From Chloroflexota bacterium (GTDB taxonomy: Bacteria; Chloroflexota; Limnocylindria; Limnocylindrales; CSP1-4): a stretch of DNA of 64,000 nt. Where the stretch lies: contig JAJXUG010000002.1 in the NCBI GenBank assembly GCA_021783095.1, positions 29,286 through 93,285 on the forward strand. Direction: 5' to 3'. The notes beneath the pieces are model-generated. The model saw only the letters and a program-made list of their open reading frames with translations, was not told the origin of the DNA and made no database searches. This document shows positions 36,038 through 45,552 of the stretch, piece after piece (positions within the stretch are counted from its first letter, which is position 1; the number at the start of each line of letters is the position of its first letter). A program made the position numbers and the translations under genes.

Positions 36038-37090
36038 ATGCGCCGCCGCACGATCGCCATTCTCCGCCGCCCGATGCTCGCCACGGCATTCGCCCTGGGC
36101 GTGATGGCGTTGCCGCTGCCGCTGCTGCACATGGCAGCCCAGGCCGCGGACCCGACCCCCGGCGCGAGCGCGACGACCACGAGCGACCCCTCCCAGACGC
36201 CGGCCCCGTCGGTGTCGCCGGGACCGTCGGCGGCGCCGAGCCCGAGCCCCACGGCGACGCCGAGCCCGACCGGGACGTCCACGCCCCCGCCCGCACCCAC
36301 GCCGAGCGGCTCCCCCGCCCCGAGCGGCTCCCCCACGCCGACGCCCACGCCCACGGCATCCCCCACGCCGACGCCGTCCGCGCCCGCCTCGCTGAACCTC
36401 TACGTGACGCGCCTGTTCCGCTACCAGGACCCCAACTACACCGCCTGCACCGCCGCCTCGACGATGGACATGCTCAACTTCATCGCCGCGACGCACAGCG
36501 GCGGAGCCAACTTCCGCTGGCACGTCAACGTCACGAGCCGCACTCGCGACGCGATCCTGCGCTTCGAGCGCGCGCACGACACGCTCGCCCGGACCGCCCA
36601 CGGCAGCGACCCCCACGGCTGGCGAAACGCCCTCAACTACTACGGCTGGGGCAGCGCGACCCTGAACTTCGCCCAGCAGGTCTACGTCGACCGAGCGTAC
36701 GCGTCCTACGGGGCCGCAATCCGGGAGGCCGTTCGCCAGATGGCGCTGACCCGCAAGCCGATTGGGATGCTGGGCTGGGCCGGCAAGCACGCGCAGATGA
36801 TCACCGGCTACTACGGGCTCCATGGCGACCCGTTGGCCAAGAACGCGGACGGCTCATGGACCAACCAGTTCTCGGTGGACGGCCTCTACGTGTCGGACCC
36901 GCTGCGACGCGACGGCTTCCGAAACCGCCGGGTGCCGTTCATGACGCTCGCCAGGACCACCAACTTCCGCCTCCGGTTCCGGCGGTACGCCCAGAACGAC
37001 AGCCCCTACGACGACCCGTACACCCCGGGCTACCGCGCGTCGCGGCGTGAGTGGTACGGCAAATTCGTCCTGATCCTGCCGATCCGCTGA
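36038..37090 (+). CDS. secreted protein with Pro/Thr/Ser-rich linker and C-terminal papain/C39-like putative peptidase domain
   Basis: Signal peptide [36 protein letters not shown], then a ~90-aa PT-rich linker. The C-terminal domain has a candidate nucleophile Cys in [17 protein letters not shown] and downstream His residues. The peptidase assignment is tentative. Confidence 0.5.
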   Translation: MRRRTIAILRRPMLATAFALGVMALPLPLLHMAAQAADPTPGASATTTSDPSQTPAPSVSPGPSAAPSPSPTATPSPTGTSTPPPAPTPSGSPAPSGSPTPTPTPTASPTPTPSAPASLNLYVTRLFRYQDPNYTACTAASTMDMLNFIAATHSGGANFRWHVNVTSRTRDAILRFERAHDTLARTAHGSDPHGWRNALNYYGWGSATLNFAQQVYVDRAYASYGAAIREAVRQMALTRKPIGMLGWAGKHAQMITGYYGLHGDPLAKNADGSWTNQFSVDGLYVSDPLRRDGFRNRRVPFMTLARTTNFRLRFRRYAQNDSPYDDPYTPGYRASRREWYGKFVLILPIR

Positions 37091-38629
37091 TCAGCCCGCC
37101 TCCCGGACCCGGTCCGCGACGCTGGGCGGCTCGACCACCTGCGGGGCCTCGCGGGCGGGCGCCTCGCCTGACTCGCCCAGTCGGGCGGCTGGCATCGTTC
37201 GGATGGCCATGATCAGCGCGGCCGCGGCCGCGAGGACCATCAGCCAGTACGCGACGCCGAGGCCAGCCTCCAGCGAATCACGGCCGACGACGAGCTGCGC
37301 GGGCGTGAGCTGCGCGCGGCCGATGGGGTCGAGGATCGCTGACGAGGCCGAACCGACGAACGCCGCCAGGACGCCGCCCATCACGCCCACGCCGACCGAC
37401 CCGCCGATCGTCCGGCTGAACTGCACGAGACCGGTGGCGGTGGCGCGCCGCTGCCAGGGGACGGCGCCCTGGATCATGATCAGCAGCACGGTCGAGCTGA
37501 AGCCCATGCCCAGGCCGACGACCGCGCAGGCGGCGGTGACGAAGGCGAGCGAGTTGAGCTGTGCCGCCTGGGTGGTCGCAAGCGAGCCGACCAGGATGAG
37601 CACGCTGCCGACGAGCACGAACGGCCGGGCCCCCACGCGGTGGAGCGCGCGCCCGGAGACGATCGAGCCCACGGGCCAGCCGATCGACATCGCAGCCACG
37701 ACCGCGCCCGCCTCGACGGCCGTCCCGCCCTCCACCCCCTGGACCAGCGGCGGCACGAACGTCGTGAGGCCGAACATGACGATCCCGGCGAGCGTGCCGA
37801 TGCCCAGCCCGGCGCGGATGAGCGGGATGGACAGCAGGTCCAGGTCCACCAGCGGCTCGTCGGCCCGTCGGGAGTGGCGCAGGAACAGGCCCAGCAGGGC
37901 GGCGGACGCAAGGAGCATCGCCGCGAACGGCACGGACACCCAGCCGAACAGCTGACCGCCCTCCGAGACCGCGAACAGCAGCAGCACGATCGAGCCGGAC
38001 AGCAGCGCCGCGCCCCACCAGTCGAGGCGGTGGCGACGGCGCTCGACGCGCTCGTGCAGCCCGAAGCCGATGATCACGGCGGCCAGCAGGCCCACCGGGA
38101 TGTTGATCTCGAACACCCAGGGCCAGCCCACGGTGGAGGTCACGAGCCCGCCGATGGCCGGCCCCACGATGGCCGCCACGCCCCAGATCCCCGAGAAGAA
38201 GCCCTGCATCCTGGCCCGCTGGCGCGGCTCGAAGATGTCGCCCGCGATCGTGAACGAGATGGGCTGGACCGCGCCCGCGCCCAAGCCCTGCAGCGTGCGG
38301 AACGCGATCAGCATCCACATCGAGCTCGCCAGGCCGCACAGGGCTGAGCCCACCACGAACAGCCCGAGGCCCAGCAGGAACACGGGCTTGCGGCCGTGGA
38401 TGTCGGCCAGTCGCGAGTAGAGCGGGACCGTGGTCGTGGAGGCGAGCAGGTAGGCCGAGAAGACCCAGGCGTACTCGGACAGGCCGCCGAGCTGGCCGAT
38501 GATCGTCGGCATCGCCGTGCCGACAACGGTCGAGTCCAGCGCGGCCACGGCCAGGGCGGCCATGAGGCCGACCGTGATGAGCTTCTGCTCGCCGGTGATG
38601 GGCGGGGCGGGGGGAAGGGCTGCTGCCAT
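37091..38629 (-). CDS. MFS transporter, DHA2 (EmrB/QacA) family, 14 TM
   Basis: 512 aa with MFS motifs (LADIHGRKPVFLLGL, GAGAVQPISFTIAGD). Confidence 0.85.
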   Translation of the reverse strand: MAAALPPAPPITGEQKLITVGLMAALAVAALDSTVVGTAMPTIIGQLGGLSEYAWVFSAYLLASTTTVPLYSRLADIHGRKPVFLLGLGLFVVGSALCGLASSMWMLIAFRTLQGLGAGAVQPISFTIAGDIFEPRQRARMQGFFSGIWGVAAIVGPAIGGLVTSTVGWPWVFEINIPVGLLAAVIIGFGLHERVERRRHRLDWWGAALLSGSIVLLLFAVSEGGQLFGWVSVPFAAMLLASAALLGLFLRHSRRADEPLVDLDLLSIPLIRAGLGIGTLAGIVMFGLTTFVPPLVQGVEGGTAVEAGAVVAAMSIGWPVGSIVSGRALHRVGARPFVLVGSVLILVGSLATTQAAQLNSLAFVTAACAVVGLGMGFSSTVLLIMIQGAVPWQRRATATGLVQFSRTIGGSVGVGVMGGVLAAFVGSASSAILDPIGRAQLTPAQLVVGRDSLEAGLGVAYWLMVLAAAAALIMAIRTMPAARLGESGEAPAREAPQVVEPPSVADRVREAG

Positions 38630-39290
38630 GGTGGCCGAGTCTACCGGCGGCCGACCGGCGAAGCGTCGGCGGGACCGCGAGATGGGCGACGACGGCTCGC
38701 GCGCCCGCGCCCGCGCCCGGCTCGCGCGCCCGCGCCGGCTCGTGCCCCAGCGCAGGTTCGTGCCCTCGCGCCGTTTGGTGGCCCCGCGCCGGCTCGTGCC
38801 CTCGCGCCGTTGGTGGCCTTCGGGTCTGGCGACGTCGGACTCCGTCTAGCGCTCGCGCTCACCAACGCGGTCGGTAGCGCGGGTGCCAATCCGTGGGCTC
38901 GGATGACTCTCACCAAGGGCATTGGTGCGGGAGGGCGGAGGTGCTGCGGCGATGGCGGCGGATACCACCGGCGTTGGTGAAGCGCGCGCAAGGCCCGCCT
39001 CCACCGGGGTCATCGGCGGGGCGGGCGGAAACACGGCCGACCAACCCGCCAACGCGATCAGGGCGGCAAGGATGCCGCCCCCGAAGGGCAGCAGGCGTCC
39101 GGCGACGCGGCGCCGGGGCGCTGCGGGGCGACGGGGGTGCCTGGTCCATCCGCGCGGTGGGACGACTCCGTCGGTCAGGCATCCAGCTGCCGGAGCGCGC
39201 CGGCGTCGTCGGGTTCCCCGACTGGGGACGAGCCGAGCCTGGACGTCTGTTCTGACAGGACCCTGAGTGTGGCCGGCCCGCAGGCTCCTG

Positions 39291-39911
39291 CTAGCGAATC
39301 GCGACGGCCGGTCCGCCGAATCGGTCCGTCCGGAACACGGCGACGATCGCCTCGGGGCGTCGCCAGGCGTCCTTGGGCAGGCCCGCCTTGCGCGTGGCGA
39401 TGTCGAGCATCGCGGTCCGGTCCAGCCCGTTCTCCTCGGCGACCTCGGGCAGGAGGAGTCCCCGCCGGCTCCCCAGCTGCACCACGATCCCGTCGGTGCC
39501 CAGGCGCCACGACAGCGGATCGGCGAGGGGGAGCATCGGCCCCAGGACGGACACATCGATGTGGATCCGAGGCAGCTCCTCGGGGGTCACCGGCCGGAAC
39601 CGCGGATCCGCCCGCGTGGCGCACGCCGCCGCCTCGGCCACGCTGTCGCGCACCGGCCGCTCAGGATCGAGCATGCCCATGCAGCCGCGCAGCTCGCCAC
39701 CCTCGGTGAGCGTGACGAAGGCGGCGGCGTGGAGGCCCGTCGTCGGCAAGGCGTGCATCGCGGACTCCAAAGCGCCCGACCCCAGCGACCGGCTGGCCAC
39801 GGCCACGGCGGTGCGGGCCACCTCGAGGAGGTCGGTTTGCACGGCGTCGGTCACGACCACAGGATCCGGCAACCCGCTCGCACCGCTGTTGCGCTCGAGC
39901 TCCGTGTGCAT
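39291..39911 (-). CDS. AMMECR1-domain protein (AmmeMemoRadiSam system protein A)
   Basis: AMMECR1 signature (AAFVTLTEGGELRGCMG..., DPRFRPVTPEE). Divergent from the radical-SAM/Memo pair. Confidence 0.8.
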   Translation of the reverse strand: MHTELERNSGASGLPDPVVVTDAVQTDLLEVARTAVAVASRSLGSGALESAMHALPTTGLHAAAFVTLTEGGELRGCMGMLDPERPVRDSVAEAAACATRADPRFRPVTPEELPRIHIDVSVLGPMLPLADPLSWRLGTDGIVVQLGSRRGLLLPEVAEENGLDRTAMLDIATRKAGLPKDAWRRPEAIVAVFRTDRFGGPAVAIR

Positions 39912-40046
39912 GGCGCTCCTCCTCCAACCTCAGGAGGCGATGGTGCGCGCCCCACGGCGCAAAGCGCAGACCCGGATGGCACGAAACCGGCCGGGCGGCC
40001 CTTCCGGCGTCGACGGCCTGCCCCCAAGATCCGCTGGGAGGTTCCC

Positions 40047-41111
40047 ATGCGCCAGCCGATCGCCCGCCCCGCCCTCCTCGGTCCCGTCCCGGGCGTGCTC
40101 GCCGTGCCCCAGGCGGCCGGCGCCATTCGATGCAACGTCTGCGCGCACCGCTGCCTGGTCCGGCCCGGCCGGCACGGGATCTGCGGCGTCCGCGAGAACC
40201 ATGACGGCCGGCTCTTCGCGATGTCGTACGGCAACGTGGTCGCGGCGGCACTCGACCCCGTCGAGAAGAAGCCGCTGTTCCACGTCGCGCCGGGCTCGAC
40301 CGCCTGGTCGATTGCGATGCCGGGCTGCCCGTTCCACTGCGTGTTCTGCCAGAACTGGGACGTTGCGCAGGGCCCTCGTCTCGGTCTCGTCGTCGCCAGC
40401 CGCCAGCTCGCACCCGAGGACGTGGTCCGGGAGGCGATGCGGCGCGGCGCCGGCGCGATCGCCTACACCTACGTCGAGCCGACGGTCTTCCTGGAGTACG
40501 CGCTCGACACCGGACGCCTGGCCCGGACCGCCGGCCTGCTCAACCTCTGGATCACGGACGGCTACGCCACCCCCGAGGCGGTCGAGCTGCTCGCGCGTTT
40601 CGTGGACGCCGCCAACGTGGACCTCAAGTCGTTCGATGACCGCTTCTACCGGCGGCTCTGCGGGGCACGGCTGGCGCCAGTGCTCGAGTCGATCGAGGCG
40701 ATGCGCGCGGCGGGCATCTGGGTCGAGATCACCACGCTGGTCATCCCGGGCCACAACGACAGCGACGCCGAGCTCGCGGCGATCGCCGGGTGGATCGGCG
40801 AGCACCTCGGCCCCGAGACACCCTGGCACGTCAGCCGCTTCCACCCTGACTTCCGCCTGCTCGACGTCCCGGCGACCCCGACGGAGACCCTCCTCCGCGC
40901 CCGGCGGCTCGGCCACGAAGCCGGCCTCGCCCACGTGTACCTCGGCAACGCACCGAAGCTCGGGGGCGAGGACACGGAGTGCGCCGGGTGCGGTGCCGTC
41001 ATCGTCGAGCGGCGCGGGTACGGGGCGCGGTCGCGCCTCACCCCCGATGGCGCCTGCCCGGAGTGCGGCCGGATGATGGCGGGCATCGGCCTCGCGATGG
41101 TGCCGGCGTGA
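40047..41111 (+). CDS. AmmeMemoRadiSam system radical SAM enzyme (AmrS)
   Basis: CxxxCxxC radical-SAM motif MPGCPFHCVFCQNW and a C-terminal Cys-rich region (ECAGCGAVIV...CPECG). Stop overlaps the Memo start. Confidence 0.8.
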   Translation: MRQPIARPALLGPVPGVLAVPQAAGAIRCNVCAHRCLVRPGRHGICGVRENHDGRLFAMSYGNVVAAALDPVEKKPLFHVAPGSTAWSIAMPGCPFHCVFCQNWDVAQGPRLGLVVASRQLAPEDVVREAMRRGAGAIAYTYVEPTVFLEYALDTGRLARTAGLLNLWITDGYATPEAVELLARFVDAANVDLKSFDDRFYRRLCGARLAPVLESIEAMRAAGIWVEITTLVIPGHNDSDAELAAIAGWIGEHLGPETPWHVSRFHPDFRLLDVPATPTETLLRARRLGHEAGLAHVYLGNAPKLGGEDTECAGCGAVIVERRGYGARSRLTPDGACPECGRMMAGIGLAMVPA

Positions 41112-42040
41112 CGGTTCGCGGCGCGCGCGGCCCCGGCCCCGGGTCCGGGCCCGGCGAGGAGCCGGGCGTCCGCCGGGCCGGGACCGTCCGGGAGCCCGCG
41201 GTCGCCGGCTCCTTCTACCCGGACCGGGCGGACGGGCTCCGCGACATGGTCCACGGCCTGCTGGAGAAGGCCGCGCCCGTCGGTCCCGCCGGATCCCCGA
41301 TGGGCGTCCTCGTCCCGCACGCCGGCCTCGCGTACTCGGGGCTGGTCGCGGCCGCCGGCTGGCGGGCCATGCTCGACCCCGCGGGACCGGCGCCGACGGT
41401 CGTGGTCCTCGGCACCAACCACAGCGCCTGGCTCGACGGGGTGGCGGTCGATCCAGGCGGTGCCTGGCGCCTGCCCACCGGCGACGTCGCGATCGACGCG
41501 GACCTCGCGGAGCGGATCGCTGCGCTGGGCGACCCCTTCGGCGCCAGCCGCGCCGCGCACCGCGACGAGCACTCGATCGAGGTCCAGCTGCCGCTGGCCC
41601 TCGCCCTCCGGCCCGGGCTGCGCATCGTCCCGTGCTCCGTCGCCGCGGGGACCGGCGTCGCGGCCGTCGAGGCGGGCACGCGGCTGGGCGCGCTCCTCGC
41701 CGGGCTTCGGGACGCCGGGGTCGAGGCGCTCGTCGCGATCAGCACAGACATGGCCCACTACCCCGCCCACGACGAGGCGGTCCGTGTCACGGAGCGCCTG
41801 AGCCCGGCCATCTGCGCGCTGGACCCGATCGCCACCGCCGCGCTCGAGCGCGACGCGGCCGCGTCCGGCGTGCGGGGCATCGCCTGTGGGATGTGCGGGA
41901 TCCAGCCGACCGTCCTGGGCCTCGCCACGCTGCGCGCCACGGGCGCGACCGCCGGGCGCGTCGTGGCTGCGGCCACCTCGGCCGACGCCGGCGGCCCCCG
42001 CAACCGCACGGTGGGCTATCTGGCGGTGGCATTCGCCTGA
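41108..42040 (+). CDS. MEMO1-family protein (AmmeMemoRadiSam system protein B)
   Basis: AGSFYP...VLVPHAGLAYSG...DEHSIEVQLP...STDMAHYP are Memo/AmrB motifs. GTG coupled to the AmrS stop. Confidence 0.8.
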   Translation: MTVRGARGPGPGSGPGEEPGVRRAGTVREPAVAGSFYPDRADGLRDMVHGLLEKAAPVGPAGSPMGVLVPHAGLAYSGLVAAAGWRAMLDPAGPAPTVVVLGTNHSAWLDGVAVDPGGAWRLPTGDVAIDADLAERIAALGDPFGASRAAHRDEHSIEVQLPLALALRPGLRIVPCSVAAGTGVAAVEAGTRLGALLAGLRDAGVEALVAISTDMAHYPAHDEAVRVTERLSPAICALDPIATAALERDAAASGVRGIACGMCGIQPTVLGLATLRATGATAGRVVAAATSADAGGPRNRTVGYLAVAFA

Positions 42041-42049
42041 GGGGCGGCC

Positions 42050-43303
42050 TCAGGACGCCGCGACGGCGCCCGCCACGAAGCGCTGCATCAGGTCCGTGTA
42101 CGCGGGCAGCCCGCGCTCGTAGCCGATCGCCCAGAACCCGGCCCCGGCGTACCCGCGCGACTCCCCCAGCCCGATCTTCCGTTCCAGGGTCGCCGCCGAG
42201 TCCACGTACACCGCGGACCACGTCCGGTCGTCGGGGATCTGGTCGAGCGTCGGGGGCAGGGACGGCGGTGGGGCCAGACTCCCGTCCGAGCCGACGAAAT
42301 ACACGTCCACGCCCTCGAGCGGGTCGTTGGTCGGGACTGCGGCGGCGCTCGTGAGGACGTCCAGGTGGCTGCGCAGGATCCAGGCCGTCCCGTTGCCGGT
42401 GGAGGGGGCGTCCACCACGGGCCGCGTCACGGGCCACTCCATGCCATACAGGGGCAGGCCCAGCAGCAGGCGCTGCGGCGGGATGCCCATGGCCCCGTAG
42501 AGGTCCAGCGACCACGTGATCGACCGGCCCTCGTCCGCCCGGGCGATCGGCGAGACGGCGCCCGGCGCGGAGGTGGCGGTCCGGTAGTCGTAGGCCATCA
42601 GGAACACGCGGTCCACGCCCGCCGCCACGGCCACGGAGGCCATCGCCGCGCCGGTCGGCCCCGCCCCCGTCGCCACCGACACCGTGTCGCGTGGGTCGGC
42701 TGCCAGCAGCGCGGCTCGCAGCCGACCCACGAAGGACCCGTAGGCTTCAACGAGGCTGATGTCGAGACCCTCGACGTCGACGTCGACGCCGTCGACCTGG
42801 AGCGTGCCGACGAGCGCCACCAGCGACGCGATCGTGGCGTCCTGGAGCGACTGCCGCCCGAAGAACGTGGTGTTCCGCGCCGCCCCGAAGCTCGTGAAGA
42901 CGAGCTCGACCCGCGTGCCGCGCTGATGCGCCGCGCCGATCATCGCGGCCCCCACCGAGCCGGTGATCTGCTTGTAGCCCGCCTGCGCGGTGTTGATGGC
43001 GCCGTTGCTCGTGTTGCCCACGCTGAACAGCCCAACCGTGGTGAGCGGGGTTTCAGCGAGGTGCGCCGCGATCGTGTTGTCCATCTCCCAGTACGGGACG
43101 AAGCCGTAGAGCTCGCGTCCCGGCGCGGGGACGGGTGCCGCCGAGGGAAGGTCGCCCGGAGCCGCGGGCGAAGCCGAGACGCCACCCGAGTTCGCCGACG
43201 AGGACCCGCCGGGGCCCGGGGTGGGGGCGATCGGCGACCCGCAGGCAGCGATCAGCACCAAGGCGGCCACGATCGGCCGCACCCCACTCGGCAGCTGCTT
43301 CAC
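42050..43303 (-). CDS. glycoside hydrolase family 18 (chitinase-like) lipoprotein
   Basis: GH18 catalytic motif DGVDVDVEGLD plus GFWAIGYE. Lipoprotein signal with lipobox LIAAC after GTG 43303. Confidence 0.75.
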   Translation of the reverse strand: MKQLPSGVRPIVAALVLIAACGSPIAPTPGPGGSSSANSGGVSASPAAPGDLPSAAPVPAPGRELYGFVPYWEMDNTIAAHLAETPLTTVGLFSVGNTSNGAINTAQAGYKQITGSVGAAMIGAAHQRGTRVELVFTSFGAARNTTFFGRQSLQDATIASLVALVGTLQVDGVDVDVEGLDISLVEAYGSFVGRLRAALLAADPRDTVSVATGAGPTGAAMASVAVAAGVDRVFLMAYDYRTATSAPGAVSPIARADEGRSITWSLDLYGAMGIPPQRLLLGLPLYGMEWPVTRPVVDAPSTGNGTAWILRSHLDVLTSAAAVPTNDPLEGVDVYFVGSDGSLAPPPSLPPTLDQIPDDRTWSAVYVDSAATLERKIGLGESRGYAGAGFWAIGYERGLPAYTDLMQRFVAGAVAAS

Positions 43304-43438
43304 GGGAACAGGGTGCCCGGGCTCGGCCAGCCGGTCAATCGGCCGGGAGGGCCTGGTGGTTGAGAAAACTTCGCCGCGCAGACCCTTGCGGACGACCGCG
43401 GACGCGAGCAGCATCCCCCATACCGAAGGAGGTGTTCG

Positions 43439-43681
43439 GTGGCGACTATCGAGCTGGTCCGGGGGAGCTCGGTCAGGAGCGAAGGTGTCGGCGCGCTCGA
43501 GCGGCGCGCCCTGGCCCTCTGGCCCCGCCTCGACCGCACAGCCCTCCGCCGATGCCACAACGACGCCCGACGCATCGCGGCCCTCGTGGCACGGCGCACG
43601 ACCATGCCGCCGGAGGCGATCTTGAACGTCCTGACGATGCCTCGCGTCGAGGACGGCGATATCGACACCTGGTTCGGCTGA
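43439..43681 (+). CDS. small hypothetical protein (80 aa)
   Basis: GTG start with GAAGGAGG 8 nt upstream. High GC3. Lies immediately upstream of the CDF transporter. Confidence 0.5.
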   Translation: MATIELVRGSSVRSEGVGALERRALALWPRLDRTALRRCHNDARRIAALVARRTTMPPEAILNVLTMPRVEDGDIDTWFG

Positions 43682-43708
43682 GCCCCGCGCGACCCTACAA
43701 TCGGGGGC

Positions 43709-44635
43709 ATGACTGCCCCCGCCGCCCCTGCGTCAGCCGTGCCGTCTGCGGAGGCCTCCTCGGCCGCGTCCGCCGGGAGCAACCGACGACATCTCGCGGT
43801 CGTGCTCGGCGTCGCGATCCTGGCTCTCGCCGCCGATGTCGTCGCGGCATGGCTGTCGGGCTCCTTGGCGCTGGTCGCTGACGCGGCGCACCGCGTCACC
43901 GACGTGGTCGGCGTGTCGATCGCCTTCGGTGCCGCGACCATTGCCGCCCGACCCGCGACCCACAACCGCTCCTTCGGCTACGCCCGGGCAGAGGTGATCG
44001 CCGCCTGCGTGAACGCGGGCCTCCTCGTCGCGCTGGGCGTCTTCATCGGGTACGAGGCGATCACGCGCCTCCTCGCGCCCGAGACGCCCGAGCCCGGCCC
44101 GATGCTCGTCGCGGCTGTCATCGGCCTCATCGGGTCCGGCACTGCAGCCTGGATCCTCCGCTCGGAGCACAGTGGCTTTGCCGCACGAGGCGCGTTCCTC
44201 GACGTCCTGGGCGACGCCATCGGCTCGCTGGCCGCCATCGGCGCCGCGGTGCTCGTGGTGCTGACCCGCTGGGCGTACGCCGACTCCATCGCCTCGCTCG
44301 CGGTTGTCTGCCTCGTGGTGCCGCGCGCGGTCCTGCTCCTCCGCGACGCCATCACGGTCCTCATGGAGGCCACGCCGCCCGGCCTGTCGCTGCCCGCCGT
44401 TCGCGAGTGCATCCTGCGGGTGCCGGGCGTCATCGGCGTCCACGACCTCCACGCATGGCAGATCACGGCGGGCCTGCCGATGCTGACCGCGCACGTGATC
44501 GCGGCCGAGGACGCCGACTACCACCAGATCCTGCAGCAGGTGGACCGGGCGCTCGAGGATGACTTCGACCTGGCCCACAGCACGATCCAGGTGGAGCACC
44601 CGTCGCGCCCGACCGAACCCGAGGCGCACGCCTGA
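43709..44635 (+). CDS. cation diffusion facilitator (CDF) family divalent-metal efflux transporter
   Basis: Six TM helices with the CDF signature LALVADAAHRVTDVVGVSIAF and a C-terminal cytoplasmic domain with His residues. Confidence 0.85.
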   Translation: MTAPAAPASAVPSAEASSAASAGSNRRHLAVVLGVAILALAADVVAAWLSGSLALVADAAHRVTDVVGVSIAFGAATIAARPATHNRSFGYARAEVIAACVNAGLLVALGVFIGYEAITRLLAPETPEPGPMLVAAVIGLIGSGTAAWILRSEHSGFAARGAFLDVLGDAIGSLAAIGAAVLVVLTRWAYADSIASLAVVCLVVPRAVLLLRDAITVLMEATPPGLSLPAVRECILRVPGVIGVHDLHAWQITAGLPMLTAHVIAAEDADYHQILQQVDRALEDDFDLAHSTIQVEHPSRPTEPEAHA

Positions 44636-44658
44636 GCCGGCTGGCCCCGGCGGGAGGC

Positions 44659-45552
44659 CTACGCGCGCACGATCGCGACCATCGCCGCCGCAATCAGGAC
44701 CGCGAACGCGAGGCCGGCGGCGACCACGATCGCCAGGGCTGACCACGCCGGCACGACCAGCGGCGGAACGGAGGAGGCGCCCCAGAGCGCAACGCCGGCG
44801 ACGACGCCCAGAATGCCGGCGGCGACGCCCGCCCAGGTCAGCGCGCGGTCGAGCGGCCCGAAGTCGTCGGTCCGGTAGGAGGTCCGCGTCCCGGCCGCGC
44901 CGTAGCCGCGCGCCTCCATGGCGATGGCCAGCCGACCCACGCGCTCGAAGGTCGACACGAAGACCGGCAGCAGCGCGGGCACGATCGCGCGGACCCCGCG
45001 GGCGCGCATGCCGCGGGCGCGCTGGGCGTCGAGCACGATCACGAGCTCGCGCTGCACCACCGGGACGAGCTGCAGCGTCGTGGCCAGCAGCAGGGCCACC
45101 GGCCGTGGCACGTGGAGGCGGTGCAGGGCGCCGAAGAGGTCCGCGGGGCGCGTCGTCACGAGCAGCACCACGGCCGCCGTCTCCATGGCGAGCAGCCGCG
45201 AGACGAACGACACCCCGCGCGCCAGAGCCTCCGCCGTGATTGGCGTGGCCCCAAGACGGGCGACCTCCGTGCAACCCGCGGGGCAGGAGCCGGGCGCCGC
45301 CACCTGGAGCACCACGATCGAGACGGCCAGCGGCCCGAGCAGGCGCATCGCACGCCAGACCGCCCGGCCGGCGCCCGACGCCACGCCCAGTCCCGATGCC
45401 GAGGCGGCGACGAGGACGAGCGGCACGGGGTGGTACGCGACGAGCGAGAACGCCAGCGTGGCGGCCAGCCAGACGAGCTTCGGAGCCGCGCCGCGGCGGT
45501 GCAGCCACGATGACCCGGGCGCGTAGGCGAAGGGCGACGCGGTCAGGCTCAT
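44659..45552 (-). CDS. ECF transporter transmembrane (T) component (EcfT/CbiQ family)
   Basis: 297-aa polytopic membrane protein whose stop overlaps the ATPase gene. It carries the conserved T-component Arg-containing motifs ARG.R and ARGY. Confidence 0.75.
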   Translation of the reverse strand: MSLTASPFAYAPGSSWLHRRGAAPKLVWLAATLAFSLVAYHPVPLVLVAASASGLGVASGAGRAVWRAMRLLGPLAVSIVVLQVAAPGSCPAGCTEVARLGATPITAEALARGVSFVSRLLAMETAAVVLLVTTRPADLFGALHRLHVPRPVALLLATTLQLVPVVQRELVIVLDAQRARGMRARGVRAIVPALLPVFVSTFERVGRLAIAMEARGYGAAGTRTSYRTDDFGPLDRALTWAGVAAGILGVVAGVALWGASSVPPLVVPAWSALAIVVAAGLAFAVLIAAAMVAIVRA

